Part shown: one piece after another, positions 12,094-25,860 of the stretch | Layout: every line of letters begins with the position of its first letter | Position numbering within the stretch: the stretch's first letter is position 1 | Source of the DNA: Camelus dromedarius | Lineage: Eukaryota | NCBI RefSeq assembly: GCF_036321535.1 | Contig: NC_087438.1 | Location: 3,040,001-3,104,000 of the forward strand | Direction: 5' to 3' | DNA length: 64,000 bases | Notes under the pieces: model-generated | The model's input: only the letters and a program-made list of their open reading frames with translations | What the model was told of the DNA's origin: nothing | Databases searched by the model: none | Translations under genes and position numbers: made by a program

Positions 12094-15000
12094 GGGCCCA
12101 CCTTCAACATCATCTCCAGCTGCTGACATTCAGGAACCTGCTGGGACTGATTCTCCATCCAAAAACAGCAAAGGGATGATGGGAAAACTTCCCCAGGAGG
12201 CAGGTTTTACACTTGTGAACAACTTCCCTACAAGAACAGAGTGATAGTGGTCTTTATGGGATGGTCCTGACAGCCTCAGCTTGCAGGAGAGTCTGGGAGC
12301 ACTAACCCTCCACAGCCCACCTGCAGGAAAGCCCTGGGGTGCTGGGGAAATAAAAGACCCAGGAGAAAATGGAAATTAAGAGGTTTTTTAAAACATTCTT
12401 TTGGGATAAATTTACCTCGACGGGGAGGGAGTGAAGCCTGCTGCCACTGCTAATTTGTAAATTGCATACAGAGTCGGCCGTGTTTCTAATGCCAAGCTCA
12501 AAGGGGGCCAATGGCTGACATAAACTCTTCAGCCAAGGGCGGACAGTGTGCAGGGGCCATGTTAGCCCCCTGATGAAAGGTTCGCCCCAGTTCAGTTAAA
12601 GCTGACAGGTTACACTCTGAGGCGCAGACCTGCAGTGCAGAGAAGAAGATGTGGTCTTCTCTGCCCACTCTTCATTTGTTCAGACAGCACTGAGGGCAAA
12701 GTCTTGCTCTTAACTCTGTCTACTATCATGATTTGGGTACTGGAGACGAGGTCTGTTTTTAAGGTGTTGCAGAGTCTGTTCTCTGGTAAGCATGTCCCCT
12801 GTTTCTTCTTCAAAGCTTTGAAAACTGAAGCCCAATCAACTTGACATTGAACTAGAAAGAAAAGAGGACCTGTTCTGATAAAACTACCACCACTGAGGTG
12901 TGTGACCACCTGGATGGCAACTGCTGAAGGAACCCTGAGCCTGCACATTGCTGGGAACATGCTCAGCTGGGATTCAGCAGGACCGGGACCTGGGGAGGGT
13001 GCATGTCTCTAACTGGCCACTGTAATTACCACGCATTATTAACCTGCAGGAGTTAATGGAGGTTTTTTTTTTCTTACTTTTTTTTACTTTAACCCCACTT
13101 TTATAATAGGAAGGGTTTAGATTTACATCATGTTGGCATTACGTTACTAGAGGATCTTGCCATTTAATCTCTGCAGGATTTCTGTGGAGCTCCATTGGCA
13201 AAATCCAATCCAGACTTGGATGGCGAAATAGGAGTACAGTCTCAGTACCTTCTGGCAAAATCTACACCATGACTTTAAAAGGATTCTTAAAAGGGCACTG
13301 TTTTGTTTGAGGAGGCTGGGAAAGAACAGGTAGCCACACCTCTGTGTCACCACAACCTTAGTGGCTCAGCCCATTAAGGATGCTGGTATGGAGCCTTCCT
13401 TGCCTTGCTCTGAGTTGCCACATGGAGGGACGACAATTAAGGTAACACCCAGCCTCTCCCATCTGCTCAGGGGAAGGAGTGATTTACTTGACCTGAAAAT
13501 TTGTGAGGAGATACTGAGCTCATCCCCTCGGCACCTTTTTCTCTCCTTCTTGAGAAAGCTGCTCCCTGCGCATAGTACACACGTGGGTTTTCTTCATGCC
13601 TGAGTTTTGAAAGGGCCAGGAAACACTCCTTTTCTCCTCTCTACCTCGAGTTTTAAAAGGAGAGGATCTGCCCCTTAGGTAAAGGGGGAGGCGGAAGGGA
13701 GGGGAGCCTGGTTCTCTAGGCTACGAAAGGAACGTAAGTTTGTCACCACTGACAAACCCTCAAGCTGTAGTCCCCCAAAGATTTCCCAAGGGTAAACGTG
13801 ACATCTTGATCTCGATTGGCTAACTCTTTTGTTGTTCTGTTGGTACCACACTTGGATGGAAGGAAAGGATGTGATGTATTAAACCCTCAAACATCAATCT
13901 GTCATCTTGCAGAACTTCCATCGTTGGAATTCTCGCACAGAGACATTTTTTCATAGGCTACATCTCTCCATGCTCTCCTCTCTCTGCCACCCTTGCTTCC
14001 ATGAAAAACTCTCTTTTCTTGGTATTAGTCCATTTCTCATGAAAGTCTCTTGCTCTGAGTACAGGGGACAAGAATATATTTTTTAAATTACACTGCCATT
14101 CCTTGAACTGGCTTAACAAGTTCTCATAAACTGTCCACATCCACTGTTTACTATATTGACTCCATCTTCCCAAATCCCTTTCCTTCAGGAGCCCTTGGCT
14201 CCCTTGTTTTCCCCAAACCAGTTGTCCCTGCATCCCAGTCTCACAGAACCTGGGACTTGCTTCTACCACTCTCCTCTGCTTAAGCCCTGGATTGCTAGGA
14301 TTATATCTTTATCTTGGTGCAACACCATGTTCTTTGTAGCACGTCTTTGTAGCAGGTCTTAAGAAAGAAAAATCTCTAAAGCCCTCACCTGTCTAAAAGA
14401 TTCTCCTATCTCCACTTTTGATCGATAGTTTGAGAGTTTTTTAAATTGGAAATCAATTTTCCTTAGAAATTTGAAGGCAAAGATCTTTTGTCTTTTAGTA
14501 TTCATTCATACTATTGAGAAACCACACGTCTCCCTGGTCCTCATTCTTTGTTTCTTACTCTTTGGAAACATTTGGAATCTCTGGATTCACACCACTGTTT
14601 TCAAATATCGGGTTGATGATCCTCGATGAAGGTCTTTCCCTACTCTGTTGGGCACTTGGACACCAGCTCCTGAGCCAGCTGAGATCTCACAGGTCTTCCC
14701 AGAGCATCTTTGAGTTCCTGGGGCTTCCTCACTGATTTTGTTTTCTGTTTTCATTCTTCCACTCACCGCATATCTATCTGTACATACTGTTTAGAGTCCC
14801 CAGTGAGACCAATACTTTGTTAATTATTTATTTAAAAAAATGTACACACATTTCACTATGTCGTAAATTTCCTGTCTTGGGAAATTAAAGAAGGGGTCAT
14901 CTGGCAGAGTAACTGGCCTCGCTCCACATGACTTCCTCATTTTCTTCCCTGTCCTATCAACAGACGTTATTCCATTCATCTTATGCAGAACATTTCTTTC

Positions 15001-18000
15001 CATAATCGGATCCTTTAGTGTAAGTCTCCTTATCCCATTTACCCACGAATTTATATCCCCTCAGAAATGGATTTTCACTCTTAATAAAAGTTCTTATGAA
15101 TAACACTTTGTCTGTCTTGTTATATATCATGATATTTTCTTGAAATATGCATGCATTCAACTATTAATTGATGTTGTTTAACCTTTTTAATTGATCATCT
15201 CCATTTCAGATTCCAAAGCCTTTGCGTGGATGATGTTACATGTGTCGATTCTTGACTCCTTAAAAGACGACCTAAAAAACTCCTGTTAATTAAGTTCATG
15301 AAAGTTACTGCAATAAGGGAGAATAGCCCTTAAGGGAGTCTTAAAAATTTTCTATAGAGTGGAGGTCAGTGGAGAAAATTTGTAGCATTTTCATATTTGG
15401 GCTTCCATGATTTAAGATGGGTTTTTCTCTGCAGGTGAGTGACTGGAATTGGGCAATCTTCATGACAAAATAAGTTAGGGTTGGTGGACAAGGTGAGAGC
15501 CTTAAGGTGAGTCTCGAGAAACTGCTGTTTGATAAGTGAGCTTTTTTTCCCAAGTGAGTCAAGCAATCTATTATCATGAAATAAGAGCTATGTGGATTGA
15601 GGAGCAAATTATTTACCCAGAAAAATTGGTTTTGTAGGAATTTCCTGAAACGAACAATGAAGTTATTTTTTAGGACGAAGGCTTGTCTTCCTTGAATAGT
15701 GTCCTGAAACAAAGATAGGCTCTATTGGCACAAATGGCCTCAATTCTCATCCTGCCCATGCAGTTATGTAAATACAAGTGGTCTCTGTCCTCACCTGTAA
15801 GACTAACATAGAGTGTTCTTGCTTTGTGTCCACCATGGCCAACAGTCTCCACCTTCATCCTTTCAAAAATGTCTTCAACTTAACTCTTCTGCCTCTCCTT
15901 TGGTTTAACTTCCATCTCTGCCCAGCTGTGGCTTACCATTTCAATGGAACCATTACCAACAATAAATGTTTCCCAACTCTCTTGCTTTTCACAACTTTGT
16001 AACCAACCTTCTGGTTCCAGCAACTTTCTATACAGTCATGTTTTTCTTTTTAATCATTTTTAAATTCCCTTCAGGAGATGTTTAAGACAGTTTTTCTAAT
16101 CACCCCATCCCATATAGTTAAATAATGAAGATATACTGTATATTTGTTTATGAATTGCATGCAGATCTGTGTTTCGTGGGGGAAAAAAATGAACAACCTT
16201 TTTCACCTGCCCTTCCCCCTAAAAAACTTATTTTTGTCCTCTTGGGACACAATATTGTACCTGCTGAGAATGCAGCTCTGCAGCTCCTCATGGGCAGAAG
16301 AGCACTGAAGAGGAAATCACCCCATAGTCACAACTAGAACAGTGAATATTTACTCTTTACCTCCAGTAAGTCCACCATAATTTCTAGTCCAATGTGTGAC
16401 TAGGGTACTTGAGTTCCCACCCCAACTCCATCCACAAGTTAGAGAAAGCAGAAGTCATCCCTAGAGCACGCCCTCCATGTCATCTGTTCGCAGCTGATTA
16501 TCCACCTTTGCCTTTTTTCCTTCCTGTCTCTGAATCAGCATTCTTCACATTTTCCTCCAAAAACAGTATCTCCAGCTGGTTCTGAATCTCCTGTTCTCTT
16601 ATCACTTCCCAGGGTCTTATGCCCTCAGTTAATAACATAATCTTCTGTTTTATCATTCTATCTTTTTACAAATATTCACATGCAAAAAGAAAAAAAGAAA
16701 AAGAGGAAGAAATCAAAACAGTGTGCATCATATGACTAGGTCCTGAGATACTGGATTTTTAAGTCTAAGTTTTCTGCTTCCATTATCTTGGAATCATACA
16801 TTTTTGCCATACCAAAAAGCTTAGCTTTTCCCAAACTCCTCCTGCCCTCTGTTAAGATCATCAATCTCTTTGTCACCCTGGAATGCTCTCCAGACCACTC
16901 CCAACCTGGTCAGCAAATTCTCCTCATTGTTTTGAGACTAATTCCAAGCTTTTAGGAGGTCATTCTTCAACTTCAATCACCAATTTCATTTCCCCTCCTC
17001 CTCCCCTATGCTGACCCCCCTCCTTACCCTTATAGAGCCCTCAGTATGGGATTCTACCACCATAACACTTACTATACCGTCTCATAAATGGAACATCACT
17101 TAACTGTGACCTTGCTAAATCATGTACCACTTTGGGTCAGGAATTCCATTATTCATTTCTGAGTCTCCAGTGCTTACACCAGTCCCAAGTATAATACGTT
17201 TTCACACTTGTCTGTTGAATGATAGAACAAATGACTGATTGTTGAAAACACACATAACTGGGTGGAAGAGAAAAGATAAGAATTTTTAAAAATAACCTGC
17301 TGATGCAACAGCTTGACTAAATAACCATGAAATGCTAACCATGCGGAATGAATTCTATGCATCCAAAGATAAGCTAAAAGCTTCCATAATAAGACCTGCC
17401 ATTTAGGTCCCCAGGATGCATCGATCTATTTTATGCAATCTGACTACAACCTCCCAGGGATGGAGAGCACTGGCTCTTAGCGATGTGCCCACAAACTCAA
17501 GACTCAGCCTTCAGAAGCTTTTAAACAAATTCTTCGTGGTGTTAAAAGTTTGTTCTCACAATAAAATTGGTGGAAGCAGCAGGACCAAGAACTCCAGGGT
17601 ACATATATTTAGCAGCAATCTTGTAATTGAATGCATCCAATACAATGCATTAACACAGAGTCTAGAGATTAACATTCCTTTTTGGGGGGGAAGGTAGCAC
17701 AATTATCAGTCTTTTCCCTAATATTGGTGGCGTGGATTTATATTAGAGGCCTGTCATTGATTCATGTAATTAAGAGGTAGGAAAGGTCTTTGATTTTAAA
17801 GGAGTTTAAATATTGTAGGGTGGATTTTTATTCTTGGTACAATTTTTTTTAATTGACGGGAAAAGACTTTCCTCCTTTTTTTTTTTTTTTTTTTTTTTTT
17901 TAAGTAACTGGAAAGTGCCCAAGGACCATCATTAAATCTTAAAAGGTGAAGGGAGCCATATGGTCACCTCCGAGGGATTTTTGAGATCTTGGTGGCTCTC

Positions 18001-19049
18001 CATCTGCATCAGTAACAATTTAGTCATTACATCAAGGACATGGACGGGTTTGGAGTGGACTTGTGTGCGTGGAGGCTCCAGTCTGAGGTGGCACCATGCC
18101 ACGCACACCATGCTCAGGTGGCCTCTCCTCTGAGCGCCTTTGGACCTAGCTAAATTTGTCAGACATATTGTTACTGTAAGTTGGAAATTCAGTAATGCAC
18201 TTTTTTTTTTGAAAACAGATTCTCTATTTACAAAAATGATACCATCTGCTTTGTAATACAGACATTAAGAAAGAGCTTGCTCCTTAAACACTTGGAACAT
18301 TCCATTTCAAAATCATACCATGGTTGCAAAAGAACTTTTTCTCGGATGTTGAGGTGGAAAGATGTTCACAGTTTACCTGGATTTTATTACCACTGTAAAC
18401 TCAATTTCCAAATAGCTAGTCTCTGGTTCAAGGGAATTGCACATCAGAAATGGATAAAAGATACTTTCTGTTTATGTCCATTTCTTCCACGTGGTACATT
18501 AGTCAGACTTTGCTTTCCCAGTATCTCAAGGAGTCTTGGTCTCACAGTGCATATTTTTATGTTTATATGGAATGTGTATGTGATTAGGTATTTGAATTAT
18601 CATTGAAAAACCCTCCTTCACATTCAGAAAACTTCTGGAAAATCAAAGGCAATTCCTTGGGCTAGAACTGAAGAGCATGCTTTAATGGAATAAAGGTTAA
18701 TCTGTATATCTTAGGTTTAGTTTGTTGGAACAGCAGCTATATGCCTTTCTTTCTGGTTACAAACTCGAGGAATATGACTGATGGTTCTATCACACATCTA
18801 TCTTTAAAATGCTCTAATTGCCTTCATGTGATACATGATTCTTTCTATGTTATATTGAAAACACAATAAAGAATGATGCAAATTCCAGATTTTATCTCCA
18901 AGACGGCTAAGCCAGGTCTGCGACAAAGCAAAGTTTGTGCAGTGGAAAGACTGTGGAGATCCTGTTGGCACTGAGAGAAGACGCTCCAAGAAGGTCACAG
19001 ATGTGGATGCATCAGTGAGGAGATAAGGGGAACTTACAGTACAGAAGGC

Positions 19050-19250
19050 GCACATTAGAAAAGAGGAAATTTTCCAAGTTAATAACTTTAACTTCCACCT
19101 TAAAAATGGAAAAAGAAGAGCAAAGTAAACTCAAAGAAGCAGAGGGGAGGAAATTATTAAGGCGAGAGTGGAAATAACATGAAATAGAATTAGAAAAGCA
19201 GTAGAGAAAAAAATCAATGACACTTGAACTTGGTTCTTTGAAAGGATGAA
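19050..19250 (+). mobile_element. Old L1 ORF2 fragment
   Basis: ATTAGAAAAGAGGAAA..TTCCACCTTAA..AAAAGAAGAGCAAA..AAATCAATGA..TGGTTCTTTGAAAGGAT matches decayed L1 ORF2. Confidence 0.6.
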
Positions 19251-19629
19251 CTTTTACAGAGCTACCAGCCTTCTATGAGTTATTTTCCTCCAAGATATAA
19301 CACTGTTGTCAATCATGCCCTTAGGCATGGATTTTACCCTCTTCCTTTGCAAATGAGTCAATCCCTTCAAGCAGAACTGTAGAGCTCATAGCCTTCATGG
19401 CCTGACTCTTCCACCAGCAGGACCTCTGCAACACCCACCAACTGGGGCCATGGGCTAGAGCAGGCAGACAGCTAGATAGGAGCAGAGAAAGGGGCACATG
19501 GGTCAAATGCAGGAAACCACACATCTTGTGAAAAATGGGGGTCCTTGGGCACACAAAGAAAAGCAGGAACCTCTGGATTGGTATGAAATTACACATAGTA
19601 TCCTGGAGGCAAAAAAGGTGGGAAAAGAC

Positions 19630-20015
19630 AGAAATCTCTGGTGTCCAAATGTAAACTTTTGCCCATCATGCTCTCATTACAATAAAATTAGCCTTGCAGC
19701 TAAGAAGTTCCCATTATGCACTGATGCCACGACACTTCCAATCCAGACCAAATGACAAAAATCCCTCCTCCCCTAGGGAAGGTGGAGCTCAGATGGAAAC
19801 CCAGAAATACAACCCCAAACTCTTCCCTCCTGATGCCTATTCTGCCCATTCATTCTACACTCTGTAACCAGCTTGCCAAAGAAACTCAGCACAGGTGCTC
19901 ACCTGAGCCGGCCCGCTCTCCCCTTGAGAACATATTATCACTTGGTAAATCCTCACTTCACTTTCTTGACCTCCAAATCACCTCTCTGAATTCTTTCTGC
20001 AATGAGACAAGAACA
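19630..20015 (+). mobile_element. ERV1-class solo LTR (family uncertain)
   Basis: The 3' motif CTCTCTGAATTCTTTCTGCAATGAGACAAGAAC is typical of ERV1/MER4-group LTR U5 ends. The 5' boundary is uncertain. Confidence 0.45.
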
Positions 20016-20419
20016 TGATCTCCAGGAACAGGTTCCCTTTTACTGAAGTGACACCTGCTCTGTGAGGAGGGTCCTGGGTGGGGATGGAAGCCCCTGGTCT
20101 TTTCCATTGTTTCTCCTGATGTGGAACTTCCACTCTATGGACATGCTGGGGCCAGGGCGACTGGAGCCCAGTGGCCTCAAACTCCACACCTGAAGTGGGC
20201 TTTCTGCTCTATGAATGGGAGTTAGTTGGAGGAAGAAGCCCCAAAACCCGCATCCATGACTTTCTGGAGTAAAGTTTCCGCAGCACAGCTCTGGGAGAGA
20301 TGAGACACTATAATGGCCCGCCCTTCTGGGGTGGGATTCTAGCACTCAACTGGTATTTAGGGGGAGAGGGAGCCCCACCTTCTTGAACACACTCTCCTGA
20401 AGAAAGGCTTCCATAGTGG

Positions 20420-20934
20420 TGCTACCAAGTCCAAACTCGTTCTGATCGCCTCACGACAGGCCAATAAATCAGGAGACAAGGTGTTGAGACAAGGAATAAT
20501 GACTTTATTCAGAAAACCAGCAGACGGAGGAGATGGGGGATTAGTGTCCTAGAGAACCATCTTCCCTAAGTCAGAATTCAGACTCTTTTTATATTAAAAA
20601 GAGGAGGGGGTGTGGTTGGTTGTTGCAAACTTCTTGAAGTCTGGAATCCTTTGTTCTTGCAGCTGTAGACGTAGGTCGGGTCATGATGTTCCTGTAAACC
20701 TCCAACAGGACAAATGTTATTCTCTGTTTTGCAACTTTTTATCTCTGTGTGAATGGAAAAGTGTTACACCCTTAAAGATCAGAGCCTTAAGAATGGGCTT
20801 TCCTGTATATTTCAGGCTATAGGCAACATTCTTTTACAAAAGGTGCAGAACCACCCTGACTCAGCACAGGAAACAGAGCACAGGGTGAAAGTCAAAGAAA
20901 CAGATCTGACATAATTTTGTTCTTCCTTCTTACA
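20420..20934 (-). mobile_element. ERV1-class solo LTR, relatively well preserved
   Basis: TG...CA termini (TGCTACC...TTACA), ~515 bp. Minus-strand TATA-like AATATAAAAA (~20586-20595) lies upstream of minus-strand AATAAA (20504-20509). Confidence 0.75.
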
Positions 20935-22502
20935 GTATTTTTCCTGAAATAGAACTTATGGGCAGGAAGGAGGGGTCAGGGAGGGGGTGTTGCTCACCCA
21001 TCACAGATTCTGGCTGTTCTCATTGAGGCTGAGAAGATTTTTTTGAATGGATGGGTTTTCATTTGCTTTATGCTTTTAGGACACTTTCTAAAGATTTTAA
21101 ATGATTTGTTTTTATAATTTCGCCTGGGTAGATGGCTGCTTGTTGCAGAGAAAGTTCACTGTGCTGCTAATTTCAACGTTTAGGGGATCAGTCCTACTAT
21201 TTCTTTTTAAAGCAATAATTAGTGGATGGGCCCTTTGACTGGGGATGCTTAAGGTCTCAGACACCTGTCTCCCAATTTATGCAAAATAACATGACTGCTT
21301 TCCTTTAGGAGCAAGAATATAGTAGATTGAATCAAGAGATATATTTATGATCTATTTACTTCTCTGAGATTTTATGAGTCCTAGGGTAGGACTGAAGTGC
21401 TTGGCGAAATTAAGTTTATTAAATTACCTGAATATGTTCAACTCTAATAAGTTTCCTGTTTTTCAATTTGTTATTCAATGAAATATCAACATGTCTCTTT
21501 CCTGAGCCACTTACCCTGCAAAGTTAGGCACTTCCTCCAGGAAGTTCTCTAGTTTGCATCAGGAATCTAGGCACCAACACTTGTTACTGAAGATTTTTAT
21601 GCAGAGAGTTTTGTGTGGTAAATCAGGAAGGCTGTGCATTAGAGTAAGTGGAAGGGGAGATGACGTCTCTGAAATAAACATGTCTTGTGGAAATAGGATA
21701 TCAAGACTTATTTATCCAAGATCAGCCCAAGGGGCAAGTGGCTGGCTGGAAGTGTGGCCGAGATGACTCAGGACGCAGCCCTCTGGTTACCAGTGGGTGT
21801 TGAGGAGGAGCCCTGAGCACACAGAGTATCATACAAGTTCAGAGGCTTTCACTGCAGGCAGCACGGCCCCACAGAGCTGTGTCCATCGGCCCTGGCAGGA
21901 CCAGTTCTTGCAGCAGCACGAAGGTGGTGACGGGCTGAGCAAATGGGCCTCTAGTCACTTGAAATGTGTACAGAAATTCCTCCCACCCCTCCACTTTGAT
22001 CTGGGAAAGCTGCAGTATTTTGGACAATTCAAATTGAAGGGCAGAGTTAGGTAATTCACAGTGAGAAGGGCACAAAGGGTCACTGACCAGCCAAAATGCA
22101 ATCATAACCAAATAAGTGGCCATATAGGTAGTCCTAGTGTATGCTACAATTTATGTGGGTCATCCAAACAAGGATATTAAACATCCATTAATTTAATACA
22201 CTTAGATGTGTCCACAAATACTAACTTAAAAATACATAATTTTTTCCTTCTGATTATGGATAATTGCCTGGGGTTTTTCAGCACATAATAGCAAATGACA
22301 GAAAATTGCCAGGGTTGAATATATTCCTGTAGTTTTATGAACTTAATTTTGCCAACAACGCAAGTCCTAATAAGGGACTCATAAAATCTAAGGGAGGTAA
22401 ATGGAATTTTAAAATATCCTTCGATTACTGAAAGCAATTCAATGAAAAATTAACAGGGAGATACAATAACTGTTGACCTCCATAGAGCAAAAACTAGCCA
22501 TC

Positions 22503-23400
22503 CTTTTTTTAAGTTAAATGATTTTATCTTGTGATCATTGTAGAATTGCATGCATTTGTAAGGAGGAATGCAGAAAGATCCCATATTCCTTTTGCTAAGT
22601 TACCCAAATGCAGTATCTGGCAAAACTGCAGGACAATATCACAAGCAAGATACTGACTCTGATGTGATCAAGACACAGAGTATCTCCATCAACAAAAGGA
22701 CTCCTCATGCTGCTCACTTCAACCCGATAAGCCTTCTCCTTAACCCTGAGCAAGTACCAACCTGATCTCTATATCTACAACCCCATCACTTCAAGAATGT
22801 TACAAAAATGGAATCATATAGTGTATAAACTTTTGAGATTAGGGCTTTTTTTATTACCCCACTGAACAACCCAGGGATTTAACCAAATGAGTTATTGAGT
22901 GTATCCACAGTCCATTCTTTTTTGCTGCATTCTGTATACCACAGTCTGGATACACCATGGCTTGTTTAACTATCCACCTGGTGAAGGAGCTTGGGGCTAT
23001 TACGAATCAATCTGCCATTAACATTTTTGTATAGGTTTTCGTGTGACCATATGTTTTTGTTTATCTGGGATGAATGCCCAAGAGTACAATCGTGAGTCAT
23101 ATGGTAATTTCACGTGTAGTTTTTTTTTTCTTTTTTTAAAGATATTCTTTGTTTCCCAAAGTGGCTGTGGCATTTTGCATCCCCACAAGCAATGTATGAG
23201 TGATTAAATTTCTCCATATCCTCTTCTGTATTTTCTGTTACCATTTTTTTTAAAATGTTTCTTATTCTGAGAGTTATGCAGGGATGTCTTACTGGATTTG
23301 GATTTGGATTTTCCTAATGGTTAATGATGTTGAGCATCTTTTCATGTGCCTGTTTGCCACCTGGATATTCTCTTCTGTGAAATGTCTGTTTACTTTTCCT
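22503..23400 (-). mobile_element. L1MC-type 3' end with ORF2 tail
   Basis: T-tail, then ATTGTAGAATTGCATGCA..AATGGAATCATATAGT..AATGATGTTGAGCATCTTTTCATGTG (antisense L1 ORF2 end). Confidence 0.75.
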
Positions 23401-23644
23401 CCACTTTTCAGAATCTTCTTACATTTAATAAATATTTATGAATATATATTTATATTTGTATATATATATATATAATTCAGAATTTTTATTGTACTTTATG
23501 GAGAGGATGGAGAAAATTACACCTACTCCATCTTCCCAGGAGTGACAGACTATAGCCATCACTTTTTTATGCAATTAAACTCAATAACATATATTAAGCA
23601 AAAATTACAGGCTAGCATAATGAAAGAGTAAAATAATGAGAAGG

Positions 23645-23990
23645 GTTTATTTATTAAGCAAATATTGATTGAGGGCCTGCTTTGTGCCAGACATTGCCCT
23701 GCTGCTGGGGGTACAACAATAAACAGAACAGATGCAACGCCCCCTTGCCAGCACGCCTGGGCCGGTGGGAGACAGGGACAGCGGTCAGGAAATTAGATTA
23801 CCAGGCCGTGTTAGGATAAGGCCTGAGTGATATCAAGAGGCCCTTTTCTTCAAAGGATGCCTTTTATGGGTTTGAAAGAAGGCTTCTTGGAGGAGGAGTC
23901 ATCAAAACTTAGGCCCAGAGGCTGAGCCGTGGTCACTGGAAAGGAGAGAATGTTGAGAGAGAAGAAAGATCGGTCCATCCTCGGAAAAGA
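23645..23990 (-). mobile_element. L2 LINE 3' fragment
   Basis: CAAATATTGATTGAGGGCCTGCTTTGTGCCAG..GGCTTCTTGGAGGAGG motifs. Confidence 0.6.
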
Positions 23991-25486
23991 GAGGGAGATA
24001 ACTAGGAGTGTTCAACTTGCTCACTTGTGTAATTGTGATTTCAAAATCATAACCTCAAAAAGAGGAGCGAACACTCAAAAGAGAATTATCCAGACTAGTT
24101 CACATAGGAAAACATTTTATGATAAAGGATCTTTTAGAAGGCAGCAATGTATAGAAGTAGAAAAACTATATTTCTTTCCAGTGGATTGATATTTAAATTA
24201 TTTTATGAACTAAAATAGAGAAGTAACTTTATAGATATTACAAAATAAAATTTATGTTCTGAATATTTCTTAACCAAGCCATATAGATTAAACATATGCA
24301 TTTTTACCTAATATTTTATTATAGGCACAACTAATATATTTTGCATGCATTTATGAAAGATGAGATTTCTCTGGAAGAATATTATTCTCATTTCATGAGA
24401 TTCAAAGTTTTGGATTTGCAAGCTGACTAACCATTGATTGAATTCAACATGATCTAGCTGTCATTATATATCAAGTCTAATATAAAAATTGTGGAGGGGA
24501 GCTTTGGCCTATATTTTTTAAATTTTAAACAAAACAGAAAAGCTAAAAATATTCTTAATATTCTGAATACAATGACAGCCCTATGTTCCTTCAACACTTG
24601 CTTTAACAGAGCAGGGTATTTGTTTCAAAAAATACACTTAATATTCCAAGTTGTTGTCAGAAACAGCAGAAGTGTCAAAGATTTGGCAAAGACAGAGATA
24701 ATAAAATTTGGGGTATTTTCATTGTTAATCTCTATCTGTTTTTTAAAATCTTAATCTCAGGTCTAAAACTGACCTGCAATCAATTAACTGTCAGTGTGTT
24801 AACAACACTCCAAGCTACAACATGAATTCAGCAAATGTCTCCTTCCATCATGTAAGTATCTCTGGCAGTAGCCATGTTTTCTGGGACTCCAGGAGGATCC
24901 AGTATTTCTGGGAAAATTTAATATAGTCCATGTTATCTCAGGGCATCTTCAAAACTACCAGGTGACTGGAAAATGGGATGCCATGCAGGCAGATGTTAGT
25001 TTGATGGAAACAGAAACCAGCTCTGATCAGCTTGAAAAAAAAATCTATTATATTATATATAATGGAATCCAAGGAAGGTTGAATCCTCAGCATACAGGAC
25101 AGGTGATAAACAAGCAATTCTAAGGATACTAGGACATTGCCTTTAATGTCTTGGGTTACAGCAACTTCCAGTCTCTTTTTGTTCTCAGTTGAAAAACAAA
25201 AATTCCTAAAGAGAGATTCTGATCAGATTGCTCACGCCTTAATCATGAAGTGGAAGTGCAGCACAGGGCTGCTCAGGGACATGGCGCTGGGAATGAAGTC
25301 TTTCAAATGCAGAGCAGTTCACAAACAAACAGGTATTGCTGTGAGCTAGGAAGTCCACCAAATAGAGCCCTCTTCCTCTTCCTACCGTAGAAATAGCCAA
25401 AGGTGAAAACCATCATTCTGTTTTGTACAGGTAGTCATGCCCCACTCTCCTCAGAAAAGAGAGAATTATTTTTACTGTGTGGACAC

Positions 25487-25860
25487 TGGTAGAGGTTGAA
25501 TTGTGTCTCTCTGGAACTCGTATGTTGAAGTCTTAAACCCCAGGACTTATGAATGTGGCCATCTTTGGAGAAAGAATCTTTACAGGGATGATCAAGTTAA
25601 GATGAGGTCATTAGGGTGGCCCTAATCTGATATGATTGGCATCCTTATGAAAAGGGGGAATTTGGACACAAGCACAAACATGCACAGAGGAAAGTTGACA
25701 AGAAGACACAGAGAGAAGATGGCCATCTGTAAGTCCAGGAAAGACTACCTGGCTCAGGTAGAGCCTGCCTTGCTGACACCTTGACTTCAGACCTGGCCTC
25801 CAGACCTGTGAGAGAATACATTTCTGTTGCTTAAGCCCCCCACTCTAGAAAACTACTACA
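25487..25860 (+). mobile_element. MLT1B/C (ERVL-MaLR) solo LTR
   Basis: GGTTGAATTGTGTCTC..TATGTTGAAGTCTTAAACCCCAG..AAGTTAAGATGAGGTCATTAGGGTGG..AAAACTACTACA. Confidence 0.85.
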
